A stretch of 32,121 nt of DNA from Candidatus Kapaibacterium sp. (GTDB lineage Bacteria > Bacteroidota > Ignavibacteria > Kapaibacteriales > UBA2268), in NCBI GenBank assembly GCA_036769265.1, contig DAIPLL010000001.1, positions 476 to 32,596 on the forward strand. The letters are read 5' to 3'. This document shows positions 1-8,601 of this stretch, in pieces. Every line of letters begins with the position of its first letter. Position 1 is the first letter of the stretch. A program made the position numbers and the translations under genes. Under the pieces are notes generated by a model that was given only the letters and a program-made list of their open reading frames with translations, did not search any database and was not told where the DNA came from.

Positions 1-665
1 AGGGAGAAAAGAAAAAGTTGCAGGATATAATAAAAAAGCCTACAATTCTATCGTTGGTTTATTACAATTGCCCAGGTATTTGCAGCCCGCTACTTACAAA
101 TATGAGCGATGTGATGGATAAAGTAAAGCTCGAGCCCGGTAAACATTTTCAGGCACTTACGATAAGTTTTGATCACCGTGAAGGTGTTGATAAAGCAAAG
201 CGCTGGAAAGAAAACTACCTTGCTTCTATGAAACGCCCGTTTGGTGCAGAAAACTGGGAATTTATGGTTGGCGATAGTATATCAATTCGCAAACTAAGCG
301 ATGCAGTTGGTTTTTATTTCAAACCAGAAGGTAATGATTACGTACATCCAGGTGCTCTCTTTATTCTAACCCCCGATGGAAAGGTTGCGCGTTATCTTTT
401 AGGCATTGAGTATAATCCGTTCGACTTGCAAATGAGCATAAGCGAAGCTGCTAAAGGTAAATCAATGCCAACTGTAACAAAAATTTTACAATATTGTTTC
501 AGCTACGACCCAGAGGGGAAAAAGTATGTTTTTAATGTAACAAAAGTTGCAGGAACTGTTATTTTCCTCGGAGCTTTCGTCTTTTTCATAGTACTTGTAA
601 TATCGGGCAAATCCAAAAAACGCAGTAAAAGAAAAAATTCGGAGGATATAAACAATGAGCAATAG
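1..665 (+). CDS. SCO1/SenC-family copper chaperone (thioredoxin fold), 5'-truncated by the window edge
   Basis: The frame is open from nt 3 with no upstream stop. The CPGIC (CxxxC) copper motif at 69..83 lies only ~18 aa into the visible ORF, so the N-terminus is off-window. A conserved His context (DYVHPG) and a C-terminal TM plus Lys/Arg tail are present. The 3' end overlaps coxI by 11 nt. Confidence 0.85.
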   Translation, partial: GEKKKLQDIIKKPTILSLVYYNCPGICSPLLTNMSDVMDKVKLEPGKHFQALTISFDHREGVDKAKRWKENYLASMKRPFGAENWEFMVGDSISIRKLSDAVGFYFKPEGNDYVHPGALFILTPDGKVARYLLGIEYNPFDLQMSISEAAKGKSMPTVTKILQYCFSYDPEGKKYVFNVTKVAGTVIFLGAFVFFIVLVISGKSKKRSKRKNSEDINNEQ

Positions 666-2295
666 TGTCGCCACTTCTGTGAAAAGTTTTTATGAATATC
701 AGGGCAAACATAAAGGTATTTTGGGATGGATTCTATCAACAGATCACAAGAGAATAGGTTTATTATATCTATGGTCGATGATAGGGTTCTTTCTTGTTGG
801 AGTTGGATTAGGCGTTCTTATGCGCCTTGAGATGCTTACAATGGGACCAACAATAATGCAGCCACAAACTTACAATGCAATTTTCACACTGCACGGTATA
901 ATAATGATATTCTTGTTTATTATTCCAGGATTGCCAGCTGCATTTGGAAATTTCTTTTTGCCTATTATGATTGGCGCCGAAGATGTACAATTCCCAAGAT
1001 TGAACTTACTTTCGTGGTGGTTGTATATTACAGGTGGTATTTTTGCAATTGTTTCACTTTTCTTGAGCGGTGGTCCGATTGATACAGGCTGGACATTTTA
1101 CGTCCCGTATAGTATTAGAACATCAACGCAAGTAATTTTGCCTTTGCTTGCTGCATTTATTCTTGGTTTTTCATCAATTTTGACTGGTATAAATTTCATT
1201 ACCACTGTTCACCGGATGCGTGCAAAAGGTATGACATTCTTCAAGTTGCCTTTATTTGTATGGGCACTATACGCAACTGGATGGATACAAATCATTGGCA
1301 CACCAGTAATTGGGATAACGATTCTTTTGGTAATAGTAGAGAGATTATTTGGTGTGGGTTTGTTCGATCCAGCTTTGGGTGGCGATCCGATTTTATTTCA
1401 GCATTTATTCTGGATTTATTCGCATCCAGCAGTTTATATTATGATACTGCCAGCAATGGGTGTTGTTTCTGAGATTATTCCAACTTTTGCTCGAAAGCAT
1501 ATTTTTGGTTACAAGGCAATAGCTTTTTCGAGCTTAGCAATTGCATTTATAGGGACTCTCGTTTGGGGACACCATATGTTCACAAGCGGGATGAGTGACA
1601 CAGCTCGTTGGGTATATTCGCTTTTGACCTATATAGTAGCACTACCAAGTGCGGTAAAAGTATTTAATTGGGTTGCAACGATGTATAAAGGTTCCATAAG
1701 GATGAGCGCCCCATTTGCTTTTGTTATGGCGTTTATAGTATTATTTTCGATAGGTGGACTGACAGGACTTATTCTTGGTTCGGTTGCAACAAACATTCAC
1801 GTTCACGATACGTATTTTGTAGTGGCTCATTTTCATTTCGTAATGTTTGGCGGGACAGGATTTATATTTTTTGGTGCCTTACACTATTGGTTCCCAAAAA
1901 TGTTTGGCAAAATGTATAACGAAAAAATTGCACTAACTGCTGTCGGTATTTTAACAATTGGTTTTTTGATGCTTTATTTTACAATGTTCATATTAGGTTA
2001 CGAAGGAATGCCGCGCCGATATTACGATTATCTTCCGCAGTTTCAAAACTTACACATTTTTGCAACTGTTGGCTCGTGGGTGCTTGTTACGGGGTTATTG
2101 TTAATGTTTGGCAATTTGTTTGTTGCACTGAAAAAAGGTGCTCCAGCTCCTGCAAATCCTTGGGGGAGTATGACCCTTGAATGGCAAACAAGTTCCCCAC
2201 CGCCATTTGAGAACTTTAACTATCACCCAGAAATAAAATATGGACCTTATGATTATGAACATTATGATGAGGCTGTAAAAGATGAATACAAATAG
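655..2295 (+). CDS. ctaD: Cytochrome c oxidase subunit I (haem-copper oxidase, A2 subfamily signature)
   Basis: 546-aa polytopic protein with typical subunit I motifs: WFFGHP-like region WIYSHPAVY at 1417..1437, HHMF, and VAHFHFV haem ligands. The start overlaps the SCO1 gene. Confidence 0.95.
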   Translation: MSNSVATSVKSFYEYQGKHKGILGWILSTDHKRIGLLYLWSMIGFFLVGVGLGVLMRLEMLTMGPTIMQPQTYNAIFTLHGIIMIFLFIIPGLPAAFGNFFLPIMIGAEDVQFPRLNLLSWWLYITGGIFAIVSLFLSGGPIDTGWTFYVPYSIRTSTQVILPLLAAFILGFSSILTGINFITTVHRMRAKGMTFFKLPLFVWALYATGWIQIIGTPVIGITILLVIVERLFGVGLFDPALGGDPILFQHLFWIYSHPAVYIMILPAMGVVSEIIPTFARKHIFGYKAIAFSSLAIAFIGTLVWGHHMFTSGMSDTARWVYSLLTYIVALPSAVKVFNWVATMYKGSIRMSAPFAFVMAFIVLFSIGGLTGLILGSVATNIHVHDTYFVVAHFHFVMFGGTGFIFFGALHYWFPKMFGKMYNEKIALTAVGILTIGFLMLYFTMFILGYEGMPRRYYDYLPQFQNLHIFATVGSWVLVTGLLLMFGNLFVALKKGAPAPANPWGSMTLEWQTSSPPPFENFNYHPEIKYGPYDYEHYDEAVKDEYK

Positions 2296-2899
2296 TCAAT
2301 TAGTTACACACCACAGGGATGATTTTGGCTCGAAAATGGGGATGTGGTTGTTCCTATTCACAGAGCTAATTTTATTTGGTGGATTGTTTATAATGTATAT
2401 GGTTTATCGTGTCGAATACACTGAGGAATTTCATTTAGCTGCTAAGGAGCTAAATCTTGCTCTTGGCACTTTAAATACTATGATACTGCTTACAAGCTCG
2501 CTTACAATGGTGCTATCAATTGTTGCAATACAACGTGGTTCGAAGAAGTTATCTGTCTTTTATTTGCTATCAACAATTGGACTTGCACTCGCATTTATGG
2601 TAATTAAAGCTTTCGAGTGGGGAGCAAAATTTTCTCACGGCATTTATCCTGGAGGCGAAGCTCTCGCTAATTTAAGCAATGGCGAGGTTATTTTCTTTGG
2701 GCTATATTTTGTGATGACTGGATTACATGCTCTTCACGTTCTGATAGGTGTTGTGATCTTGCTTTTCATGCTTATATTCTTGCTACGTGGCAAGATTAAT
2801 CAAGAAAATAATATACGGCTCGAAGCTGGTGGATTGTATTGGCATCTTGTTGATTTAATATGGATTTTCCTTTTCCCTTTATTTTATCTTTTGCATTGA
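2282..2899 (+). CDS. ctaE: Cytochrome c oxidase subunit III
   Basis: 205 aa with about 5 TM helices. The C-terminal motif GLYWHLVDLIWIFLFPLFYL is typical of subunit III. The start overlaps coxI by 14 nt. Confidence 0.9.
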   Translation: MNTNSQLVTHHRDDFGSKMGMWLFLFTELILFGGLFIMYMVYRVEYTEEFHLAAKELNLALGTLNTMILLTSSLTMVLSIVAIQRGSKKLSVFYLLSTIGLALAFMVIKAFEWGAKFSHGIYPGGEALANLSNGEVIFFGLYFVMTGLHALHVLIGVVILLFMLIFLLRGKINQENNIRLEAGGLYWHLVDLIWIFLFPLFYLLH

Positions 2900-2911
2900 T
2901 GGAGGTTCTTT

Positions 2912-3211
2912 ATGGCAGAAAATGTAACTTACGATGAAGATAAGCATTCACCTGGCTACGGTTATAATATTTTGGTTTGGCTCACTCTTCTTTCGCTTAC
3001 TTGCGTAACCGTTGCTGTTGCTGGACTTGATTTAGGTCCCTATATTTTGCTTACAGCTATGATAATAGCAGCAATAAAATCGACATTGGTTATTAATATT
3101 TTTATGCATATAAAATTCGATGATCCGATTTTTAAGCTATTTTTTAGCCTTATAATATTTACATTAGTAGTTTTATTTGTATTAACTGCATTCGACGTAT
3201 TATATCGATGA
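2912..3211 (+). CDS. Small cytochrome c oxidase subunit IV-like membrane protein
   Basis: 99 aa with 3 predicted TM helices. It sits between subunits III and II, and a GGAGG Shine-Dalgarno sequence lies just upstream. The assignment rests on size, topology and position only. Confidence 0.7.
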   Translation: MAENVTYDEDKHSPGYGYNILVWLTLLSLTCVTVAVAGLDLGPYILLTAMIIAAIKSTLVINIFMHIKFDDPIFKLFFSLIIFTLVVLFVLTAFDVLYR

Positions 3212-3220
3212 GGGAAAAAT

Positions 3221-4213
3221 ATGTTTGAAGGAACTTCATTTTATGCTGATAAAGTCGATACCGCTATGCTAATAATTGTCGGTATTTCATTATTCTTTTT
3301 GTTGGGAATTATTGCTGCGATGATTTATTTTGTCATTCGCTATAACCGAAAGAGAAATCCTGTTGCAACACAAATTAAAGGCAATAATTTGCTTGAAGTT
3401 ATTTGGATTGTTATCCCATTATTTATTGTTTTGGGAATGTTTTGGCTCGGTTGGAAAGATTTTTACCGCTTGCGTAAAATCTCGGACGTAGCTTTAAAAA
3501 TAGACGTAAAAGGTAGGATGTGGTCGTGGTCTTTTACATATCCAAATGGTAAAGTTACAGATACCTTATATGTTCCAGTAGGTAAAGTTATTAAGCTCGA
3601 GATGCAATCCGAAGATGTAAATCATGCTTTTTTCATCCCAGCACTGAGAATGAAAGAAGATGTGATTGCAAGTAGGAAAACTTATATGATAATAGAACCG
3701 CAGAAATTAGGCGATTACGACATTGCTTGCGCTGAATATTGCGGGCTTAATCACGCATATATGTACACCAAGCTTCGCGTTGTACCAGAGGATGTTTTTT
3801 ATGCTTGGCTCGATAGCCAAACAACGGACAGTTTGACTCCACAGCTTGCAATGCTAACACCAAAAATTACCAAGCTCGAACCTAAAAATGAAAGTGATTA
3901 TCTAAAATTTATACGTAGCAGCAAGAATTTTGACCTACTAGTTAATTATGCTTGTGTAAGTTGTCACACGGTGGACGGCTCGAAGCACATTGGTCCGACC
4001 TTTGCAAAATTAGCTCAAGGCAAAACAACTATCGTTAAAAATGGAAATAAAATTACCGTTGATATAGATGAGAAATATCTGCGCACAGCTCTTCTCGAAC
4101 CAGACGCTGAAATTGTTGAAGGTTACTCGCCATATAGTATGCCATCGTTGCGAGGCAGAATTTCTGACAAAGATTTGCAAATAATTATAAATCTACTTCT
4201 TATGAAAGAATAA
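3221..4213 (+). CDS. ctaC: Cytochrome c oxidase subunit II fused to a C-terminal monohaem cytochrome c (caa3 type)
   Basis: Two N-terminal TM helices. The CuA site is H(AFFIP)...CAEYCGLNHAYM. A C-terminal CVSCH haem-binding motif lies at 3953..3967. Confidence 0.92.
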   Translation: MFEGTSFYADKVDTAMLIIVGISLFFLLGIIAAMIYFVIRYNRKRNPVATQIKGNNLLEVIWIVIPLFIVLGMFWLGWKDFYRLRKISDVALKIDVKGRMWSWSFTYPNGKVTDTLYVPVGKVIKLEMQSEDVNHAFFIPALRMKEDVIASRKTYMIIEPQKLGDYDIACAEYCGLNHAYMYTKLRVVPEDVFYAWLDSQTTDSLTPQLAMLTPKITKLEPKNESDYLKFIRSSKNFDLLVNYACVSCHTVDGSKHIGPTFAKLAQGKTTIVKNGNKITVDIDEKYLRTALLEPDAEIVEGYSPYSMPSLRGRISDKDLQIIINLLLMKE

Positions 4214-4215
4214 AT

Positions 4216-5145
4216 ATGAGCAAGGCAACAATCGAAATAAAAGAAAAAGTTAAAGTAATACATCGTGGATACTTGCTTTGGAGTTTTATACAGTTAGCTA
4301 AATTGAACGTTACTGTGTTTGTAGCTCTTTCTGCTTTTTTCGGGTTTTTGCTTTTTGATGGTTTCCAATCAAACATTTATTTATCAACTTTTGCTGTATT
4401 CTTCACTGCAATTGCATCATCTGCATTTAATCAAATACAAGAACGAAAATATGATAAATTAATGGAAAGAACTCGCAAAAGACCGCTTCCATCGAACAAA
4501 CTAACTCGAGAAGAATCGTTAATCTTTAGTATTTTTTGCACATTAGCAGGACTTTTTCTAATTGGGCTGACTTTAAATATTGTTGCTATTGCTCTTACAA
4601 TATTTTCAATGTTATGGTATAATTTAATTTATACACCATTGAAAAGAAAAACTGCGATAGCAGTTCTACCTGGTGCACTTATGGGAGCAACACCACCTAT
4701 TATCGGTTGGGTTGCCGCTGGTGGGGACTTTCTCAATCCTAAAATTTTATTTATAGCATCATTCTTTTTCATTTGGCAAATACCTCATTTTTGGTTTTTG
4801 TTTTTGATTTATAATGATGATTATAAAAAAGCAGGTTATCCCACTTTAAAAGATATTTTTACTTTGAAACAAATCGGGAATATCTCTTTTATATGGATTG
4901 TTGCACTTGCTCTGATTGCAACGGCATATCCAATGTTTTTCTACTATCAAAATGTAATACTTTTCTCAATAATTTTCGTTTCTTCTGTTATAATTGTCTG
5001 GCGTAATAAATTTTTGCTATCTCTTGAGAACAGCAACGAAATCGCTCTATATAGAAGAGCATTCAGAGACATTAATATATATGTTCTTTGTATTGTTTTA
5101 ATTTTAACAATCGACAAATTATTAGCAATAAATAAATGGTTATGA
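4216..5145 (+). CDS. ctaB: Protohaem IX farnesyltransferase (haem O synthase), UbiA family
   Basis: 309-aa polytopic protein. It has a UbiA-type motif NQIQERKYDKLMERTRKRPL and a second motif region around YNDDYKKAGYP. The start is 2 nt after coxII. Confidence 0.88.
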   Translation: MSKATIEIKEKVKVIHRGYLLWSFIQLAKLNVTVFVALSAFFGFLLFDGFQSNIYLSTFAVFFTAIASSAFNQIQERKYDKLMERTRKRPLPSNKLTREESLIFSIFCTLAGLFLIGLTLNIVAIALTIFSMLWYNLIYTPLKRKTAIAVLPGALMGATPPIIGWVAAGGDFLNPKILFIASFFFIWQIPHFWFLFLIYNDDYKKAGYPTLKDIFTLKQIGNISFIWIVALALIATAYPMFFYYQNVILFSIIFVSSVIIVWRNKFLLSLENSNEIALYRRAFRDINIYVLCIVLILTIDKLLAINKWL

Positions 5146-5146
5146 T

Positions 5147-6508
5147 ATGGAACTTCTTGACAAGTTAGTGATACCACAGTCTGAAGCAAATTTGATGCTT
5201 CTTAATCTTTTGCAGATGGTTGCTCTAACTGCTTTGCTAATCTATTCTGGAATATTGTTCGGTAGTATTTCGCTTTCCGTATGGTTCAATCGCAAAGCTC
5301 GAAAAGAACAATCATTAAAGTTTGCTTATATGGCAAAAGATTTAGCAGATTTAATTACAAGCGGGAAACTTTTCGCATTCGGGCTTGGTATTGTGCCTTT
5401 TTTGGCTATAATTATGGTATATATACAGTTGCTTCATCAATCGAATTCATTTGTTCCCAAATATTTGATTATATCTTTTGTATTGTATCTAATATCAATT
5501 GCATTGATATACATTTATCAGCACGCAACAGAACTTAATTATTTCTTTGAGTTCTTTAAAACTAAAATAGATCCAAGCAAAACTGATAAACAGACTGAAG
5601 AATTTCTCTCTTTTTACCAAAAAACTGAGACTCTTCACTCCCGCACAGGTTTCTGGGGAGTAGTTTTGTTGGGAATATCGCTATACATATTTATAGCATC
5701 ATTAACTCTGGCTGTTGAGAATTGGCGATGGACAGACGTTGATACTATGCTCGAACTGACTTTAAGCTTTTCGGCATTTTTCAAATATATGCATTTCATT
5801 TCTGCATCTCTTGCAATGACAGGCGTTGCTTTCCTTATCAAAAAGTTTAAATGGCAAGAGGAGCCAACATTTGCTGATGAGGATTATATTGAATATTCTA
5901 AAAAGTTCAATTTATCTGTTTCTTTAACTTTTACAATGATTCTCCCATTGTTTTATATATTAAATTTAATAATCACACCGAAAACTGCTTTAAATGACTT
6001 TATTTTTGGATTTTCGCTTATTGGATTGCTCATATTGTTTGTTCTGTTGCATTTTCTATATGAAATGGTTCGCAAGAACAAGTTTGTTTACATTTCTCTT
6101 GTATTTTATCTGCTGATAATTGTAATTGGTATATCACAAGTGAAGGAGCAATTAGTATTTCGTTATGCTAACGCTCAACATACAGCTAAATTAGCTCAGG
6201 AATACGAAGTATTTTATCAGGATATGCTTGCAAAAGCAGGTCGCGGGATACAAGAAATTAGCGGCGAAGATATTTACAAAGGCAAATGTATTGCTTGCCA
6301 TGACTTTGAACGAAAAGTTGTCGGTCCACCACACAAGCTGGTATTACCTAAATACATAAATAATCCCGAAGCACTCGCAAAATTCATTCTTAATCCTGTT
6401 AAAGTCGATCCTGCTTATCCTCCGATGCCAGCACAAGGACTACGTCCAAAGGAAGCCGAAGCAGTCGCCAAATATATGATTGAACATTATGGACCGATGC
6501 TAAAATAA
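5147..6508 (+). CDS. Polytopic membrane protein with a C-terminal class I cytochrome c domain
   Basis: 453 aa with about 8 hydrophobic helices and then a soluble tail. The tail carries CIACH at 6287..6301 and a distal PPMP Met-ligand context. The start is 1 nt after the ctaB stop. Confidence 0.8.
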   Translation: MELLDKLVIPQSEANLMLLNLLQMVALTALLIYSGILFGSISLSVWFNRKARKEQSLKFAYMAKDLADLITSGKLFAFGLGIVPFLAIIMVYIQLLHQSNSFVPKYLIISFVLYLISIALIYIYQHATELNYFFEFFKTKIDPSKTDKQTEEFLSFYQKTETLHSRTGFWGVVLLGISLYIFIASLTLAVENWRWTDVDTMLELTLSFSAFFKYMHFISASLAMTGVAFLIKKFKWQEEPTFADEDYIEYSKKFNLSVSLTFTMILPLFYILNLIITPKTALNDFIFGFSLIGLLILFVLLHFLYEMVRKNKFVYISLVFYLLIIVIGISQVKEQLVFRYANAQHTAKLAQEYEVFYQDMLAKAGRGIQEISGEDIYKGKCIACHDFERKVVGPPHKLVLPKYINNPEALAKFILNPVKVDPAYPPMPAQGLRPKEAEAVAKYMIEHYGPMLK

Positions 6509-6554
6509 GATATAACTTTTGTTTTCATTATTTAATATTTGGAGGAAGTTTTAA

Positions 6555-7618
6555 ATGTTGTTCTACAGATATACAATTAGAGTAAAACTTTATTTTGTCT
6601 CAATTCTTTTTTTTATAACTTGTTTGTTCTTTGCATTTATCTTTATAAAAGAAATTTATAACAATTATTATCAATCTAACTTAATTGCTAATCTTAGTAA
6701 GATTTCTGTTTCAGCAAATAAACTAGTGCACGAGTTACAAAAAGAAAGAGGTTTTTCTGCAGGTTATTTGGCAAGCAATAAAAAATATTTGCAAATGAAT
6801 TAATTGAGCAAAGGAAAAAAGTCAACACACATATCAATGAATTTAAAGATAAATTATCTATAAATGATCCTACAATAAAAGAATTTTTAAAAAGCATTAA
6901 TTTTAATTTTTACCTAAAATCTCTGTATCCTTTAAGAGAAAATGTGGATAAATTATCTATAACAAGCAAAGATGCAATAGATAATTATACACACATAATA
7001 AAAAATTTAATAGAGGTTAATTGGTTAGTTGCAGATAAATCTAATCTTGATAATGAAATTCGAGAATTATCACATGTTCTTTTTTATCTAACAAAAATAA
7101 AGGAAAATACAGGTCAACTGAGGGCAAACATAAATAGAATTTTAACTATCGATAGTATAGATTTTATTGGTCATTTTAATGTTTCAAAGTTATACCATGA
7201 AAACAATCTCTTGCAAGAACAATATTATCATTATGCTAACACAGAATTAAAAGAAAAATATGATTTAATAAAAAATGACGATAACTCAAAAAAAACAAGA
7301 GATATTATAGAATTTAACATAAAAAATTTATATAAGCAAAAAATTGGTATTTCACCAAAATATTGGTTTGAAGTTGTTACTAAGTATATTGATGAGTTGG
7401 CAGAGTTAGAAAATGAAATAGGTGATATAATAATTTCAACATCCAAAGTGCTCAGTGATAATTCTAAATCAACACTATTATTAGTATCAATCGTAACTTC
7501 CCTTTGGTTAATAATTGTTTTAGCAATTAATTACTATTTAGTTAGAAAAATTTCATCCAATATTATGCTTGTAACACAAAAGCTTAAAGAGATAGCAAAA
7601 GGAGAGATAAATATTTGA
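6555..7618 (+). pseudogene. NIT (nitrate/nitrite-sensing) domain membrane sensor, frameshifted at an A6 run and truncated inside the HAMP linker
   Basis: ORF 6555..6803 has a TM helix and the NIT hallmark LVHELQKERGFSAGYLASN, then stops. A second frame is open from 6782 and continues as KIFANELIEQRKKVNTHINEF... into ORF 6944..7618. The switch point is the A run at 6780..6785. The product ends 28 aa after TM2 (RKISSNIMLVTQKLKEIAKGEINI*), which is a partial HAMP with no output domain. Confidence 0.75.
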
Positions 7619-7632
7619 GATTTTATCAATAT

Positions 7633-8601
7633 TTAAATTTCAAAACACAAAATTTCAAGTGCTTTTAAACTCTTCTCTACTAAATTCGCATCTACAAGGC
7701 TTGAATTGCAATTGCGAGCAGCAAGTAATGCAGTTCGAGCCTTTTCCCATTGATGCTTTTGCATAAAATAAGCTGAAAGAATAAATTGCTTGAGTCCTTC
7801 GTAATGCTTATTGCTAAATCTAGTATTTTGTCTATCAGCAATATATTTCCAATCATTCAGATGCAGTGCTATTTGAAAAAGCCGCAACTTTGCCAGCTCA
7901 ATATTTTCAAACGACAGCTCTGTTGATGAAAGTAAGCCAGAAAAAATTTCTTTTGCACGTATGAAATTATTCATTGAAAATTCTGTGTTTGCAATGTGGA
8001 ACAGTAAATAATCCGATGGATTTCTATTTAATTCTTGCAATAACAAATCACGGTTGCGTTGCTTCTTTTCGTCGGAACTCTCTATGTAACCGAAATGTTC
8101 GATTATAATATCGCTTTCAGCAATTTCAAATCCTTCATCAATAATACTTTCTGCGATTTGCTCATGGATACTACCCTTGTAGCGGATGTTTTTTCTATTA
8201 CGAAAAATTCTTGTATAGCGGTGCTCGATATAATTTGTTTGTTCTTCATTAAGATAATTTCGTATTATGCAGGAGAGACCACCTATTAATTTATTTTCGA
8301 ATAAAGGTTTGTATTTAATGATTTCAAAAGCATTAACTTGCTCGTCAGCATCCAAAAAAATCACCCATTCGTTTCGAGCAAAAGATAAAGCATAGTTACG
8401 CACCTCTGAAAAATCATTATTCCATTGCTTGAAATAAAGCTCGCAATTTTCTACTGTGGCGATTTTTGGGGTATTGTCAATAGAACCAGTATCAACAACT
8501 ATTACTTGAGTGCACAACGCTTTTAGCGATTGGATTGCCGATTTTATCCATTTTTCTTCATTCTTAGCTATAATACAACCGGTAAAAGTAAGGTCTTGCA
8601 T
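7633..8601 (-). CDS. Family 2 glycosyltransferase with a helical (TPR-like) C-terminal region
   Basis: The N-terminal GT-A signature is IIAKNEEKWI...VVDTGSIDNT...LDADE. Its start codon overlaps the stop of the upstream REC-kinase gene by 1 nt (TAATG). Confidence 0.8.
   Translation of the reverse strand: MQDLTFTGCIIAKNEEKWIKSAIQSLKALCTQVIVVDTGSIDNTPKIATVENCELYFKQWNNDFSEVRNYALSFARNEWVIFLDADEQVNAFEIIKYKPLFENKLIGGLSCIIRNYLNEEQTNYIEHRYTRIFRNRKNIRYKGSIHEQIAESIIDEGFEIAESDIIIEHFGYIESSDEKKQRNRDLLLQELNRNPSDYLLFHIANTEFSMNNFIRAKEIFSGLLSSTELSFENIELAKLRLFQIALHLNDWKYIADRQNTRFSNKHYEGLKQFILSAYFMQKHQWEKARTALLAARNCNSSLVDANLVEKSLKALEILCFEI

Noticed and set aside
486-990. Minus-strand ORFs 486..674, 503..739 and 808..990, and the plus-strand alternative-frame ORF 1260..1472, lying over the SCO1 and coxI genes
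   Set aside because: They lie entirely inside strongly supported oxidase genes, have low-complexity composition and no motifs. They are typical shadow ORFs of AT-rich coding DNA.
4947-5841. ORFs 4947..5189 (-), 5281..5538 (+) and 5635..5841 (-) over ctaB and the membrane cytochrome c gene
   Set aside because: They are antisense or off-frame to genes with clear membrane and haem motifs. They have no RBS or start context and no recognisable features.
6780-6785. Programmed -1 ribosomal frameshift or transcriptional slippage at the A6 run in the NIT gene
   Set aside because: The context T-AAA-AAA-T is only a partial slippery heptamer, and I saw no downstream stem-loop or pseudoknot. The gene is also truncated at its 3' end. 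Decay or a homopolymer sequencing error is the simpler explanation, and the question is kept as a check in the finding.
6694-6897. Minus-strand ORF across the NIT frameshift region
   Set aside because: It is antisense to a region whose plus-strand translation continues the NIT domain in two frames. It has no independent support.
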